Source of the DNA: a cyanobacterium endosymbiont of Braarudosphaera bigelowii | GTDB taxonomy: Bacteria > Cyanobacteriota > Cyanobacteriia > Cyanobacteriales > Microcystaceae | Length of the DNA stretch: 32,000 nt | Reading direction: 5' to 3' | Assembly (NCBI RefSeq): GCF_020885515.1 | Contig: NZ_AP024987.1 | Location: 1 to 32,000, forward strand | Shown here: piece after piece, positions 9,852 through 17,870 of the stretch | Numbering within the stretch: the first letter of the stretch is position 1 | Layout: each line of letters starts with the position of its first letter | Notes under the pieces: model-generated | Database searches by the model: none | What the model was told of the DNA's origin: nothing | What the model saw: only the letters and a program-made list of their open reading frames with translations | Made by a program: the position numbers and the translations under genes

Positions 9852-10109
9852 CTACTCTGCTAATAACTTATCTAGATCTCCCGTTAACTCCATAGAATAT
9901 AAATCATCACAACCTCCAATAAACTTATCATTAATAAAAATTTGAGGTAAGCTACTTTTTCCTTGAGTTCTTTTAGTCATTTGAGCCCTAGCAGTTTCAT
10001 CCCCGTCAATACAGTACTCAATAAATTCTACTTTCTTTTGATCTAGTAGAGCCTTAGCCCGAATACAAAAAGGGCAAGAACTCCATGTATATATTTCTAC
10101 GTTAGGCAT
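9852..10109 (-). CDS. grxC: Glutaredoxin (dithiol CPFC type)
   Basis: VEIYTWSSCPFCIRAK active site, LPQIFINDKFIGGCDDL. The ORF-track start at 10121 is a TTG; the ATG at 10109 (MPNVEIY) is more likely. Its stop is only 8 nt from the gshB ATG. Confidence 0.9.
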   Translation of the reverse strand: MPNVEIYTWSSCPFCIRAKALLDQKKVEFIEYCIDGDETARAQMTKRTQGKSSLPQIFINDKFIGGCDDLYSMELTGDLDKLLAE

Positions 10110-10484
10110 TATGTGTACCAAAAATATTAGTAATATTGATAATTGTACTAGTTTATGACTATTTGCTACGCTAATAAGTCATAAAAAAATTTAAGTATAA
10201 TAAACATTTTTATACTTTATTTAAGCTATTAAAATTGTAATTTTTTTTTGCTAAGTTAATAGCAAGAAAATTTAAGCTTGAATAATCAGAATACTAAGAT
10301 AATCTTTAAAAATTAGACACCGTAATGTTATAACCTTTTTTGATAATTATGTCAGAATTATTATTTTCTATTAAGTTACAAAAATAATATATTTCAAATC
10401 ATATCTAGTTTATATCCTAAGAAACAAGTTAAAACGATTTATACTAGATATGAGAAAGTTTACTAAATTTTTCTAACATTTACC

Positions 10485-11300
10485 ATGAAATGTGTTATCA
10501 ACCGTCGTGCTGAATTTAGTGCTAGTCATCGATACTATCTACCAGAATGGAGTATGACTAAAAATGAAGAACAATTTGGAGCTAATAGCTTTTTCCCAGG
10601 TCATGGGCATAATTACGTTTTGTTTGTTTCACTTGAAGGAGGAATAAATGAATATGGAATGATAGAAAATCTTTCTTTGATTAAAAAAATAATTAAACAG
10701 CAAATTACCGATCAATTTAACTATTCTTATTTAAATAATATATGCCAAGAATTTGGTGATGCTTTACCAACCACCGAAAATATTGCTAGGATAATCTGGG
10801 AACGTTTATATCCACATCTGCCAATTATCAATATTAAGTTGTTTGAGCATCCCAGATTATGGGCTGAATATCGAGGAAATAATATGCAAGCAACATTAAC
10901 TACCCAAGTTCATTTTAGTGCAGCACACCGCTTAGCTCTTCCTAACCTTAGTTTAGAAGAAAATATAAAAATCTACGGGAAATGTGCTCGTGTTCATGGA
11001 CATGGACACAATTACTTTCTTGATGTATCCGTAACTGGTAATATCGATGAACGTACTGGAATGATTGTTGATCTAGAAGATTTACAGAATATAGTTAATG
11101 ATTATATTGTAGAACCATTTGACCATACTTTTCTTAATAAAGACGTTCCGTATTTTGTTCAAACTATTCCTACAGCTGAAAATATTGCTCTTTATATTGC
11201 TCAATTGCTAAAAGAACCAATTAAAAATTTAGGAGTTGTACTACATAAGGTTAAGTTAACTGAAAGTCCAAATAATTCCTGTGAAATTTACTGTTCCTAA
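10485..11300 (+). CDS. Tandem two-domain 6-pyruvoyl-tetrahydropterin synthase family protein (COG0720 / T-fold x2)
   Basis: Two homologous halves. D1: FSASHRYYLPEWSMTKNEEQFGANSFFPGHGHNY. D2: FSAAHRLALPNLSLEENIKIYGKCARVHGHGHNY. D2 also has PFDHTFLNKDVPYF, TAENIALYI and LTESPNN, closely resembling animal-type PTPS. Confidence 0.85.
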   Translation: MKCVINRRAEFSASHRYYLPEWSMTKNEEQFGANSFFPGHGHNYVLFVSLEGGINEYGMIENLSLIKKIIKQQITDQFNYSYLNNICQEFGDALPTTENIARIIWERLYPHLPIINIKLFEHPRLWAEYRGNNMQATLTTQVHFSAAHRLALPNLSLEENIKIYGKCARVHGHGHNYFLDVSVTGNIDERTGMIVDLEDLQNIVNDYIVEPFDHTFLNKDVPYFVQTIPTAENIALYIAQLLKEPIKNLGVVLHKVKLTESPNNSCEIYCS

Positions 11301-11596
11301 CTAATCGAGACACTATAGATTGAAATTGAAGAGGAACAAAAATTAACTATATTTCGTTAATTAATGTAACATTATCTCACTAAACACTAGAGAGTTAATA
11401 GATATTTGTCTAAATTATTTTGTAAGGTTTTAAAATCCAATAAAAATGTTTATTATTGTCTTGTCTGTACTTAAAAAGACCTACCCATTAGAGGTGTCTT
11501 ACAACATAAGCACAGTCAGGCAATCTATTTTATAGTGTGATGTCTTTTGGCATTTACAATATTCACTTCTTAGATTTTGAAAAGGATAAAGCAGAT

Positions 11597-12007
11597 ATGG
11601 AATTCAATGTTCAAGAGCAAACAGACCCAAAAGACTTAAATACTGAAACAACAGGGAGTCTTACCCCATCCTTTTCACTAGGTAATCAACCCTGGCAGGA
11701 ATGGTTAACTCCTATGATAGATATTTTTGCTAAGGTCCCCGAATATGTTGGGCATTTCTTTAGCGAGTACAAACAGCCACTAACTACCCTTGGTTTATTG
11801 ATTCTATCTTTCATTAGTATCAAGATTATGATTGCTGTTTTAGGGGCTATTGATGATGTTCCTTTATTAGCTCCTTTATTACAAATAATTGGATTAGGCT
11901 ATACACTTTGGTTTACTTGGCGTTATCTTTGGAAATCATCTAATAGGAAAGAGTTACTTTCCGAATTCGAAGCAGTAAAAAATCAAGTTTTTGGTAACAA
12001 TATATAG
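11597..12007 (+). CDS. curT: CAAD-domain thylakoid-shaping protein CurT (CURT1 homologue)
   Basis: Two C-terminal TM helices with the CAAD signature (LGLLILSFISIKIMIAVLGAIDDVPLLAPLLQIIGLGYTLWFTWRYL). The ORF opens at GTG 11537 / ATG 11540, but the ATG at 11597 is preceded by AAGGA (11582-11586). Start is uncertain. Confidence 0.75.
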   Translation: MEFNVQEQTDPKDLNTETTGSLTPSFSLGNQPWQEWLTPMIDIFAKVPEYVGHFFSEYKQPLTTLGLLILSFISIKIMIAVLGAIDDVPLLAPLLQIIGLGYTLWFTWRYLWKSSNRKELLSEFEAVKNQVFGNNI

Positions 12008-12038
12008 TTTAATCGTTGCTATAGCTTCATAATTTTTC

Positions 12039-12071
12039 GAATCCCTCCGATTATAAGAATTCGGAGGATTC
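12039..12071 (+). terminator. Hairpin GAATCC(C)TCCGA - 10 nt - TCGGAGGATTC, 32 nt after the curT stop
   Basis: 11 bp with one bulged C (12043). G:C-rich for this genome. No clear U-tail. Confidence 0.4.
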
Positions 12072-12446
12072 ATCATAATTATTCTGCAAATAACTTCAAT
12101 ATTTCCTGAGATGTAATAAGCTATTAGTAAAATATCATGACTTAAGGAGAGTATTTAGTCTTCAATCTTGATATGAAATTATTATCATATTCTGACTCTT
12201 ATAGGATAGAATTTTCAAAATGAAATTAATTTTTTTCTCTAAATACTGAAAAAATTAACTGATATAAAGGTTATCTAACTCAACGCTGTTTTCTAAAAAA
12301 TTTCATAAAACTAACAAAATATCTTCAAGTTAGTTTTTTGTCTACGGTAGTAAATTATATTAAATAACAACTATAGAATTTATATATTTAATTTATATAT
12401 TTAACTTTATAAAAAGATTAACACTATATATATTAGGTTTTCAGCT

Positions 12447-12476
12447 TTGACAAACTAAAAATTCTTTAACAATAAT
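12447..12476 (+). promoter_or_regulatory. Candidate sigma70-type promoter for petBD (TTGACA - 18 nt - AATAAT)
   Basis: Perfect -35 hexamer at 12447-12452 and a 5/6 -10 at 12471-12476, about 160 nt upstream of the petB ATG. -10-like hexamers are frequent by chance in this AT-rich DNA. Confidence 0.3.
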
Positions 12477-12637
12477 GTAAATTATATTGGAGTGAAGGCA
12501 ATGATTATGTTAAATTTCTTAATAAGACATTGTGTCTGCTAAAGTTTAAATCTTAGCTAGAATACTTAAGAGACAGCACAGTGAATCACTCAAACGCCAA
12601 TTATCTATCTTCTATTTGATAACGGATTATAGTTTCA

Positions 12638-13306
12638 ATGTTCTCTAAACAAGTTACAGATTCTAAAATTTATCAATGGTTTAATGATCGTTTAGAAATA
12701 CAAGCTATTTCTGATGATATTACTACCAAATATGTTCCACCCCACGTTAATATTTTTTATTGTCTTGGTGGAATTACTTTAGTTTGCTTCATCATCCAGT
12801 TTGCTACTGGTTTTGCAATGACCTTCTACTATAAGCCTAGTGTTGCTGAAGCATTTAACTCAGTCCAATACATCATGAATGAGGTTAACTTTGGATGGTT
12901 GATCCGTTCTATCCATCGTTGGTCAGCCAGTATGATGGTTTTAATGATGATATTGCATGTTTTCAGAGTATATCTCACAGGTGGATTTAAAAAACCTCGT
13001 GAATTAACTTGGATAACAGGAGTTACTATGGCTGTACTTACAGTTTCTTTTGGAGTAACAGGTTATTCTTTACCTTGGGATCAAGTTGGTTACTGGGCAG
13101 TGAAAATTGTTTCTGGTGTACCAGCAGCTATTCCAGTAGTAGGAGACTCATTGGTAGAACTATTAAGAGGAGGACAGAGTGTAGGACAAGCAACACTTAC
13201 TCGTTTCTATAGTTTACACACCTTTGTTTTCCCTTGGTTGATTGCAGTATTTATGTTAGCTCACTTTTTAATGATTCGTAAACAAGGAATTTCTGGTCCT
13301 TTGTAA
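12638..13306 (+). CDS. petB: Cytochrome b6 (cytochrome b6f complex)
   Basis: 222 aa. [84 protein letters not shown]. Confidence 0.98.
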   Translation: MFSKQVTDSKIYQWFNDRLEIQAISDDITTKYVPPHVNIFYCLGGITLVCFIIQFATGFAMTFYYKPSVAEAFNSVQYIMNEVNFGWLIRSIHRWSASMMVLMMILHVFRVYLTGGFKKPRELTWITGVTMAVLTVSFGVTGYSLPWDQVGYWAVKIVSGVPAAIPVVGDSLVELLRGGQSVGQATLTRFYSLHTFVFPWLIAVFMLAHFLMIRKQGISGPL

Positions 13307-13445
13307 TTCTAAGTCTAAAAATGTTAATTAGAAACAATTAACTACCAAGAAGTTTTAGATGATTTAATTCTGATTGTTAATATTCAGAAGAAAGTATTAC
13401 TAATCCATTAATCCATTATTCATACTAATAAGGAGAATTAATTAA

Positions 13446-13928
13446 ATGGCCATCGAGAAAAAGCCAGATTTAAGCAATCCTAAATTGCGTGCTAAGCTAG
13501 CCCAAGGAATGGGACATAATTATTACGGAGAGCCAGCTTGGCCAAATGATTTACTTTATATTTTTCCAGTAGTAATCTTCGGAACTATTGGTTTGATAAG
13601 CGGTTTAGCCGTTCTTGATCCAGCTTTAGTTGGAGAACCAGCCAACCCGTTTGCTACACCTTTAGAAATACTACCTGAATGGTATTTATATCCTGTTTTT
13701 CAGATTTTAAGGATCCTTCCTAGCAAACTATTAGGAATTGCTTGTCAAGCAGCTATTCCTTTAGGTTTAATGCTCATTCCTTTTATTGAAAGCGTAAATA
13801 AGTTTCAAAATCCTTTCCGACGTCCTGTAGCTTCTACTGTATTCCTTTTTGGAACAGCTATAGCATTATGGTTAGGTATAGGTGCAACCTTTCCTATCGA
13901 TAAATCTTTAACTCTAGGATTGTTTTAA
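13446..13928 (+). CDS. petD: Cytochrome b6f subunit IV
   Basis: 160 aa. [51 protein letters not shown] at 13430-13435 upstream. Confidence 0.98.
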   Translation: MAIEKKPDLSNPKLRAKLAQGMGHNYYGEPAWPNDLLYIFPVVIFGTIGLISGLAVLDPALVGEPANPFATPLEILPEWYLYPVFQILRILPSKLLGIACQAAIPLGLMLIPFIESVNKFQNPFRRPVASTVFLFGTAIALWLGIGATFPIDKSLTLGLF

Positions 13929-13966
13929 AGTAAACTAAGTTTTAATTTAAGCTTCAAGTTTTTTAC

Positions 13967-14010
13967 AAGCCGAATATTCCTAAACTTTTAAAATCAGGAA
14001 TACTCGGCTT
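13967..14010 (+). terminator. petBD terminator hairpin AAGCCGAATATTCCT - 14 nt - AGGAATACTCGGCTT
   Basis: 14 of 15 positions pair (one A/C mismatch at 13974/14003). Begins 39 nt after the petD stop and is followed by AATATTTTATTTA. Confidence 0.6.
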
Positions 14011-14471
14011 AATATTTTATTTATAACTAAAAATTCATGTCTAATTTTCTAATTTACGGAAGTAGAAATCATTTCGATATATCGTACATGATTAAAGTAG
14101 AATATGTTAGTAAATTTCATGAATCTATAATTGCTATTCAGAATATAAATTTTCTTGTCAAAAAAAAGTTTTTTTAAATTTTAACGATGCACGAAAACCC
14201 GCTTTGATAGAAAATATTAAGTAACTATATTTACTATTCAAAAGAAAATGTTATAGTCGCCGGTTATGATATTCACAAAAATCTTTTAGAAATGTATAGA
14301 AGCAATTTTTATTCTAAGATTAAATTCGCTATGGAGTTTTGCAATCTTAAAATTCAGGCTAACTTTGCTTTTTAGGTATTTTTCTAACTGCACGATTTGT
14401 TGAACATATCTGTTTTACTAAATTTGAAAAATACCAACTAGTCATACATAACTTATATGAAAACAACTTAA

Positions 14472-14690
14472 ATGCAACAAATAACGAAAAACAAAACTAT
14501 CTTTCAGTTTCTTTTTGTACCAGGCCTTATTTTGAATATTGCCGGTTTAATAGCCGTTATGGCCACTCAAGAATGGACCATACTATATCTAATTATATTT
14601 AGTTGTGGAAATATGTTTTTATTTGCATGGATTTTTTTTCATATAACTTATATAAAAAATCTCTCAAAAAGGAATTGCAATATGGATTGA
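14472..14690 (+). CDS. Doubtful 72-aa ORF with two predicted TM helices; possibly a real small membrane protein or the remnant of a longer gene
   Basis: Hydrophobic stretches FQFLFVPGLILNIAGLIAVMA and ILYLIIFSCGNMFLFAWIFFHI. No SD. Isolated inside a 1.35-kb spacer. No family recognised. Confidence 0.3.
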   Translation: MQQITKNKTIFQFLFVPGLILNIAGLIAVMATQEWTILYLIIFSCGNMFLFAWIFFHITYIKNLSKRNCNMD

Positions 14691-15282
14691 TTTCATAATC
14701 TTTACTTCTCTAATATTAATAATATTAAGCTTATTTAATTAAGCTGTTATCTATTAACTATGAAATTGTAATTTAACAGAAAATAAATTCTATATCTTAT
14801 CTAAAAAAAACTTGTTAAAAGTCTAAAATATCCCATTAAAATTTATATTTTTGAATATGAATTTAATGCTCAGGATAAACATTAAAAGTTCAATTATTAT
14901 TTTGAGTTTAAATTAATCTCAACATTTAAGATAAAATCATTAAAGAGTTAAATATTCAATCGCTGTATAAAAAACAAAGGTAACTTATTAGTGCAGTAGT
15001 AATACCTTTTTTAATTTTTTATTCAGTCTAAAGTGGAATAAGGTATTTATCATCTTAGATAACATAAAAAAGTAATATGATTTAGATAGAAATTTCAACT
15101 TTGCAAAAATTAGATCAGATTATATGAAAAAAATATAATTTAATTTTAAACTAAGATTCAAAGAGAAGTTACTATAAAAAGAAAGCACTTATTGAAAACT
15201 AGAATTGTAGTAAATATAAAAAGATATAAAAACATAGATCAATTAATATTCTTATGTTTTGGGTAAAATTATACAATCTTTA

Positions 15283-16794
15283 TTAAGAGAAATAATCAAT
15301 TAATTGATGGGTTAAACCTTCTAATGTATATTCTTTTGCTTCAATATCAACTCTACCAAATAAATCATTACAAGTTTTTGAAGTTTGAGGCCCAATAGAT
15401 GCTAAGTAAACATTGTCTAATTTAGATAGAATATTTTTTTCTTCATTATTAAGAGATATCTTTTTTAATAAGTCATGAAAATGTCTAACGGTTTTAGAAC
15501 TAGTAAAAGTAATTACATCAGCTTGTTTATTCTCTAATATTTCCCATATTTCACTATTAATATTTTTAGGACATATTGATTGATAAGCAGCAACTTCAGT
15601 AATACTAGCTCCCCTTTTAATAAACTCTTTTAATAAAATATCTCTTCCTCCTGTCTCTACTCGAGGAAATAAAAATTTCTTACCATCTATATTCTCTGGA
15701 AAATTTTCAATTAATGAATCAGCAATGAAATTAGGAGGTATAAAATCAGGTTTCAAATAAAAATTTTTTAAGTAATCAGATGTTTTCCTACCAACAACAG
15801 CAATTTTAATATTGTTTAGAATACGAATATCTTTTCCTAATTCCTGTAATCTTTCAATAAAAAACTTTACTCCGTTTGCTGAAGTTAAAATTAACCAGTC
15901 GAAAGATGATAGTTGTTGAATTGCCATATCTAACTTATTCCAAGAAGAAGGTGGCACAATCTCTAAGACAGGAAGTGTAATAATATTCGCTCCTGCTTCT
16001 TGCAACTGGAATTTGAATTGACCAGAAGACTCATGAGAACGAGTAATTACTACTGTTTTATCTGCCAGAGGAAGGTTGAAGGATGATGACATATTTCTTG
16101 CTTTTACGACTTCTCCAATTACAATAACAGCTGGAGATGAATAATTATCTGGAATTTGATTGACTATGGTTCTTAATGTGCCTGTAATTGTCATTTGCCT
16201 CGAACTTCCACAATTATAAATGATTGCGATGGATTCATTTGAAGGCCTATTATTAATTATTAAATTATTAATAATTTTACTAAGATTTTTCATTCCCATG
16301 AGAATTATTAATGTGTCGTTTTTAGCCAATGTTTCCCAATTCAATACACCTAAATTATGTCCTGTCAAAATAGTAAAACATTGACTAAGTTTTTTATTAG
16401 TAATTGGAATTCCAGCTAATATAGGAGCTGCTAATGCGGAAGAAATACCAGGAATTACTTCATACTTACAATCAGTTTGTATTAAAGCATGTATTTCTTC
16501 GGCAAGACGTCCAAAAACCGAAGGGTCACCGCCTTTTAGTCTTACTATTTGTTTTCCTGATAAACAATGATTTACTAATAGATTATTAATATATTTTTGA
16601 TGGGTACTTAGTTTCCCTCCACGTTTCCCAACATAAATTTTTAGACAGTTAATTGGTAATAATTCTAGTAAACTTGAATCAATTAAAGTATCATATACTA
16701 CCACTTCTGCATGAGATAGTAAGTAATATCCTCTAAGAGTCAAGTAAGATATATTAAATACTCCTGAGCCTACAAAAAATACTTTGCCTGCCAT
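15283..16794 (-). CDS. cobA/hemD: Fusion of uroporphyrinogen-III C-methyltransferase (CobA/SUMT) and uroporphyrinogen-III synthase (HemD)
   Basis: N-half has the TP_methylase motifs RLKGGDPSVFGR, EVIPGISSALAAP, ILTGH, LIILMG. The C-half (about residue 245 onward) is HemD-like (WLILTSANGVKFF, DVITFTSSKTV). The first methylase motif is atypical (VGSGVFN). Confidence 0.88.
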   Translation of the reverse strand: MAGKVFFVGSGVFNISYLTLRGYYLLSHAEVVVYDTLIDSSLLELLPINCLKIYVGKRGGKLSTHQKYINNLLVNHCLSGKQIVRLKGGDPSVFGRLAEEIHALIQTDCKYEVIPGISSALAAPILAGIPITNKKLSQCFTILTGHNLGVLNWETLAKNDTLIILMGMKNLSKIINNLIINNRPSNESIAIIYNCGSSRQMTITGTLRTIVNQIPDNYSSPAVIVIGEVVKARNMSSSFNLPLADKTVVITRSHESSGQFKFQLQEAGANIITLPVLEIVPPSSWNKLDMAIQQLSSFDWLILTSANGVKFFIERLQELGKDIRILNNIKIAVVGRKTSDYLKNFYLKPDFIPPNFIADSLIENFPENIDGKKFLFPRVETGGRDILLKEFIKRGASITEVAAYQSICPKNINSEIWEILENKQADVITFTSSKTVRHFHDLLKKISLNNEEKNILSKLDNVYLASIGPQTSKTCNDLFGRVDIEAKEYTLEGLTHQLIDYFS

Positions 16795-16924
16795 ATTGTA
16801 ATAAACAACGTTTAAAAAATTAAATTTATTGGATAGGTATTAGAAATTAATTTTATTATTATTTTTATGGTGAGTAAATAAATTAATTTCTAAAAGCTTT
16901 TTAAAATATCACCATATCAAGTTC

Positions 16925-17320
16925 TCATTGGTTAATACTTTTAGTGTATCTAGCACCAGATGTACACGTCTCCCTGACTTCTACCATTTCTAATCCAGGA
17001 AGTCCTTCCTTTTCAAGTTTTTCAAAAATCCATTTTGCAACAGCTTCACTTGTTGGGTTTTCGAGGCCTGTAGTTTCATTAAGATAGTAGTGATCTAAAA
17101 AATTTTCCAGAATAGGATTAATATAGTTATTAATATCATTGAAATCCATAACCATGCCTTGTTGTGAACCTGTTCTATACAAACTATCTTTAGTGATATA
17201 AACTCTTCCTACCCAGCTATGTCCATGAAGACGAGAGCATTTACCTTTATGATGAGGTAATATGTGTGCTGCTTCAAAACGAAACTCTTTATATATTGTC
17301 CAACTATGACTTATACTCAT
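16925..17320 (-). CDS. queD: 6-carboxy-5,6,7,8-tetrahydropterin synthase (queuosine pathway)
   Basis: 131 aa, single T-fold domain. FRFEAAHILP, GKCSRLHGHSW (Cys plus HxH), VMDFNDI, LDHYYLN, EVRETCTSGA. Confidence 0.88.
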   Translation of the reverse strand: MSISHSWTIYKEFRFEAAHILPHHKGKCSRLHGHSWVGRVYITKDSLYRTGSQQGMVMDFNDINNYINPILENFLDHYYLNETTGLENPTSEAVAKWIFEKLEKEGLPGLEMVEVRETCTSGARYTKSINQ

Positions 17321-17609
17321 AATAAAATTCTAAAGCAATAGGTACATTAAGTTATTTAATAAATTAAATATTTTATTTCTAATAAATATTTAACTAATCA
17401 CAATTTGAATATATCATGCTAAACAATTGTTAATTACCTCAATCAGTGAAACATAAGAAAAATTAAGTATATAATTTATTTATATATTGGTATTCTATTT
17501 TGTGCCTGCTTTCACTGATGGTTTTAGTTTAATAACTAGTTTTAATTTTTACTAATAAACTCAGAAATTCTAATATTTTTCTATATATTAGAATTTTTTC
17601 TATTTTAGC

Positions 17610-17638
17610 TTGACAATACATACAAAAACAAGTATATT
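17610..17638 (+). promoter_or_regulatory. Candidate sigma70-type promoter for tRNA-Asp (TTGACA - 17 nt - TATATT)
   Basis: Perfect -35 at 17610-17615, exact 17-nt spacer, 5/6 -10 at 17633-17638, 18 nt upstream of the mature tRNA 5' end. Confidence 0.5.
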
Positions 17639-17656
17639 AGTTTATGGATAAAAATT

Positions 17657-17730
17657 GGGACTGTAGTTCAACTGGTTAGAGCACCGCCCTGTCACGGCGG
17701 AAGTTGCGGGTTCGAATCCCGTCAGTCCCG
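17657..17730 (+). tRNA. trnD: tRNA-Asp (anticodon GUC), 74 nt, CCA not encoded
   Basis: Manual cloverleaf. Acceptor GGGACTG/CAGTCCC, D-arm GTTC/GAGC, anticodon arm CCGCC-CTGTCAC-GGCGG, T-arm GCGGG-TTCGAAT-CCCGT, discriminator G. Confidence 0.95.
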
Positions 17731-17745
17731 TTACAAGAAGTACCC

Positions 17746-17771
17746 AAAAAGCATATGTATTAATGCTTTTT
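17746..17771 (+). terminator. Small hairpin AAAAAGCAT - 8 nt - ATGCTTTTT between the two tRNAs (terminator or processing signal)
   Basis: 9-bp stem verified (17746-17754 / 17763-17771). Only 2 G:C pairs, so weak. Confidence 0.25.
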
Positions 17772-17797
17772 ACTAATGTATTTTTTCAAAATAAAAT

Positions 17798-17870
17798 GGG
17801 GAATTAGCTCAGTTGGTAGAGTGCTGCGATCGCACCGCAGAGGCCAGGAGTTCGAATCTCCTATTCTCCA
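17798..17870 (+). tRNA. trnA: tRNA-Ala (anticodon CGC), 73 nt, CCA not encoded
   Basis: Acceptor GGGGAAT/ATTCTCC with the G3:U70 alanine identity pair and A73. Anticodon arm CTGCG-ATCGCAC-CGCAG. T-arm AGGAG-TTCGAAT-CTCCT. Confidence 0.9.

Noticed and set aside
12378-12403. Tandem duplication of the 13-mer ATTTATATATTTA upstream of petB
   Set aside because: There are only two copies of an AT-only unit in AT-rich DNA. It is most simply slippage or low complexity, not a CRISPR array or a functional repeat array.
13009-13212. 67-aa alternative-frame ORF inside petB
   Set aside because: petB is unambiguous, so the overlapping frame is an artefact.
17792-17797. TAAAAT hexamer abutting the tRNA-Ala 5' end as a possible -10 box
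   Set aside because: A transcript from this box would start inside the mature tRNA. The tRNA is more likely co-transcribed with tRNA-Asp or driven from an unrecognised upstream promoter.
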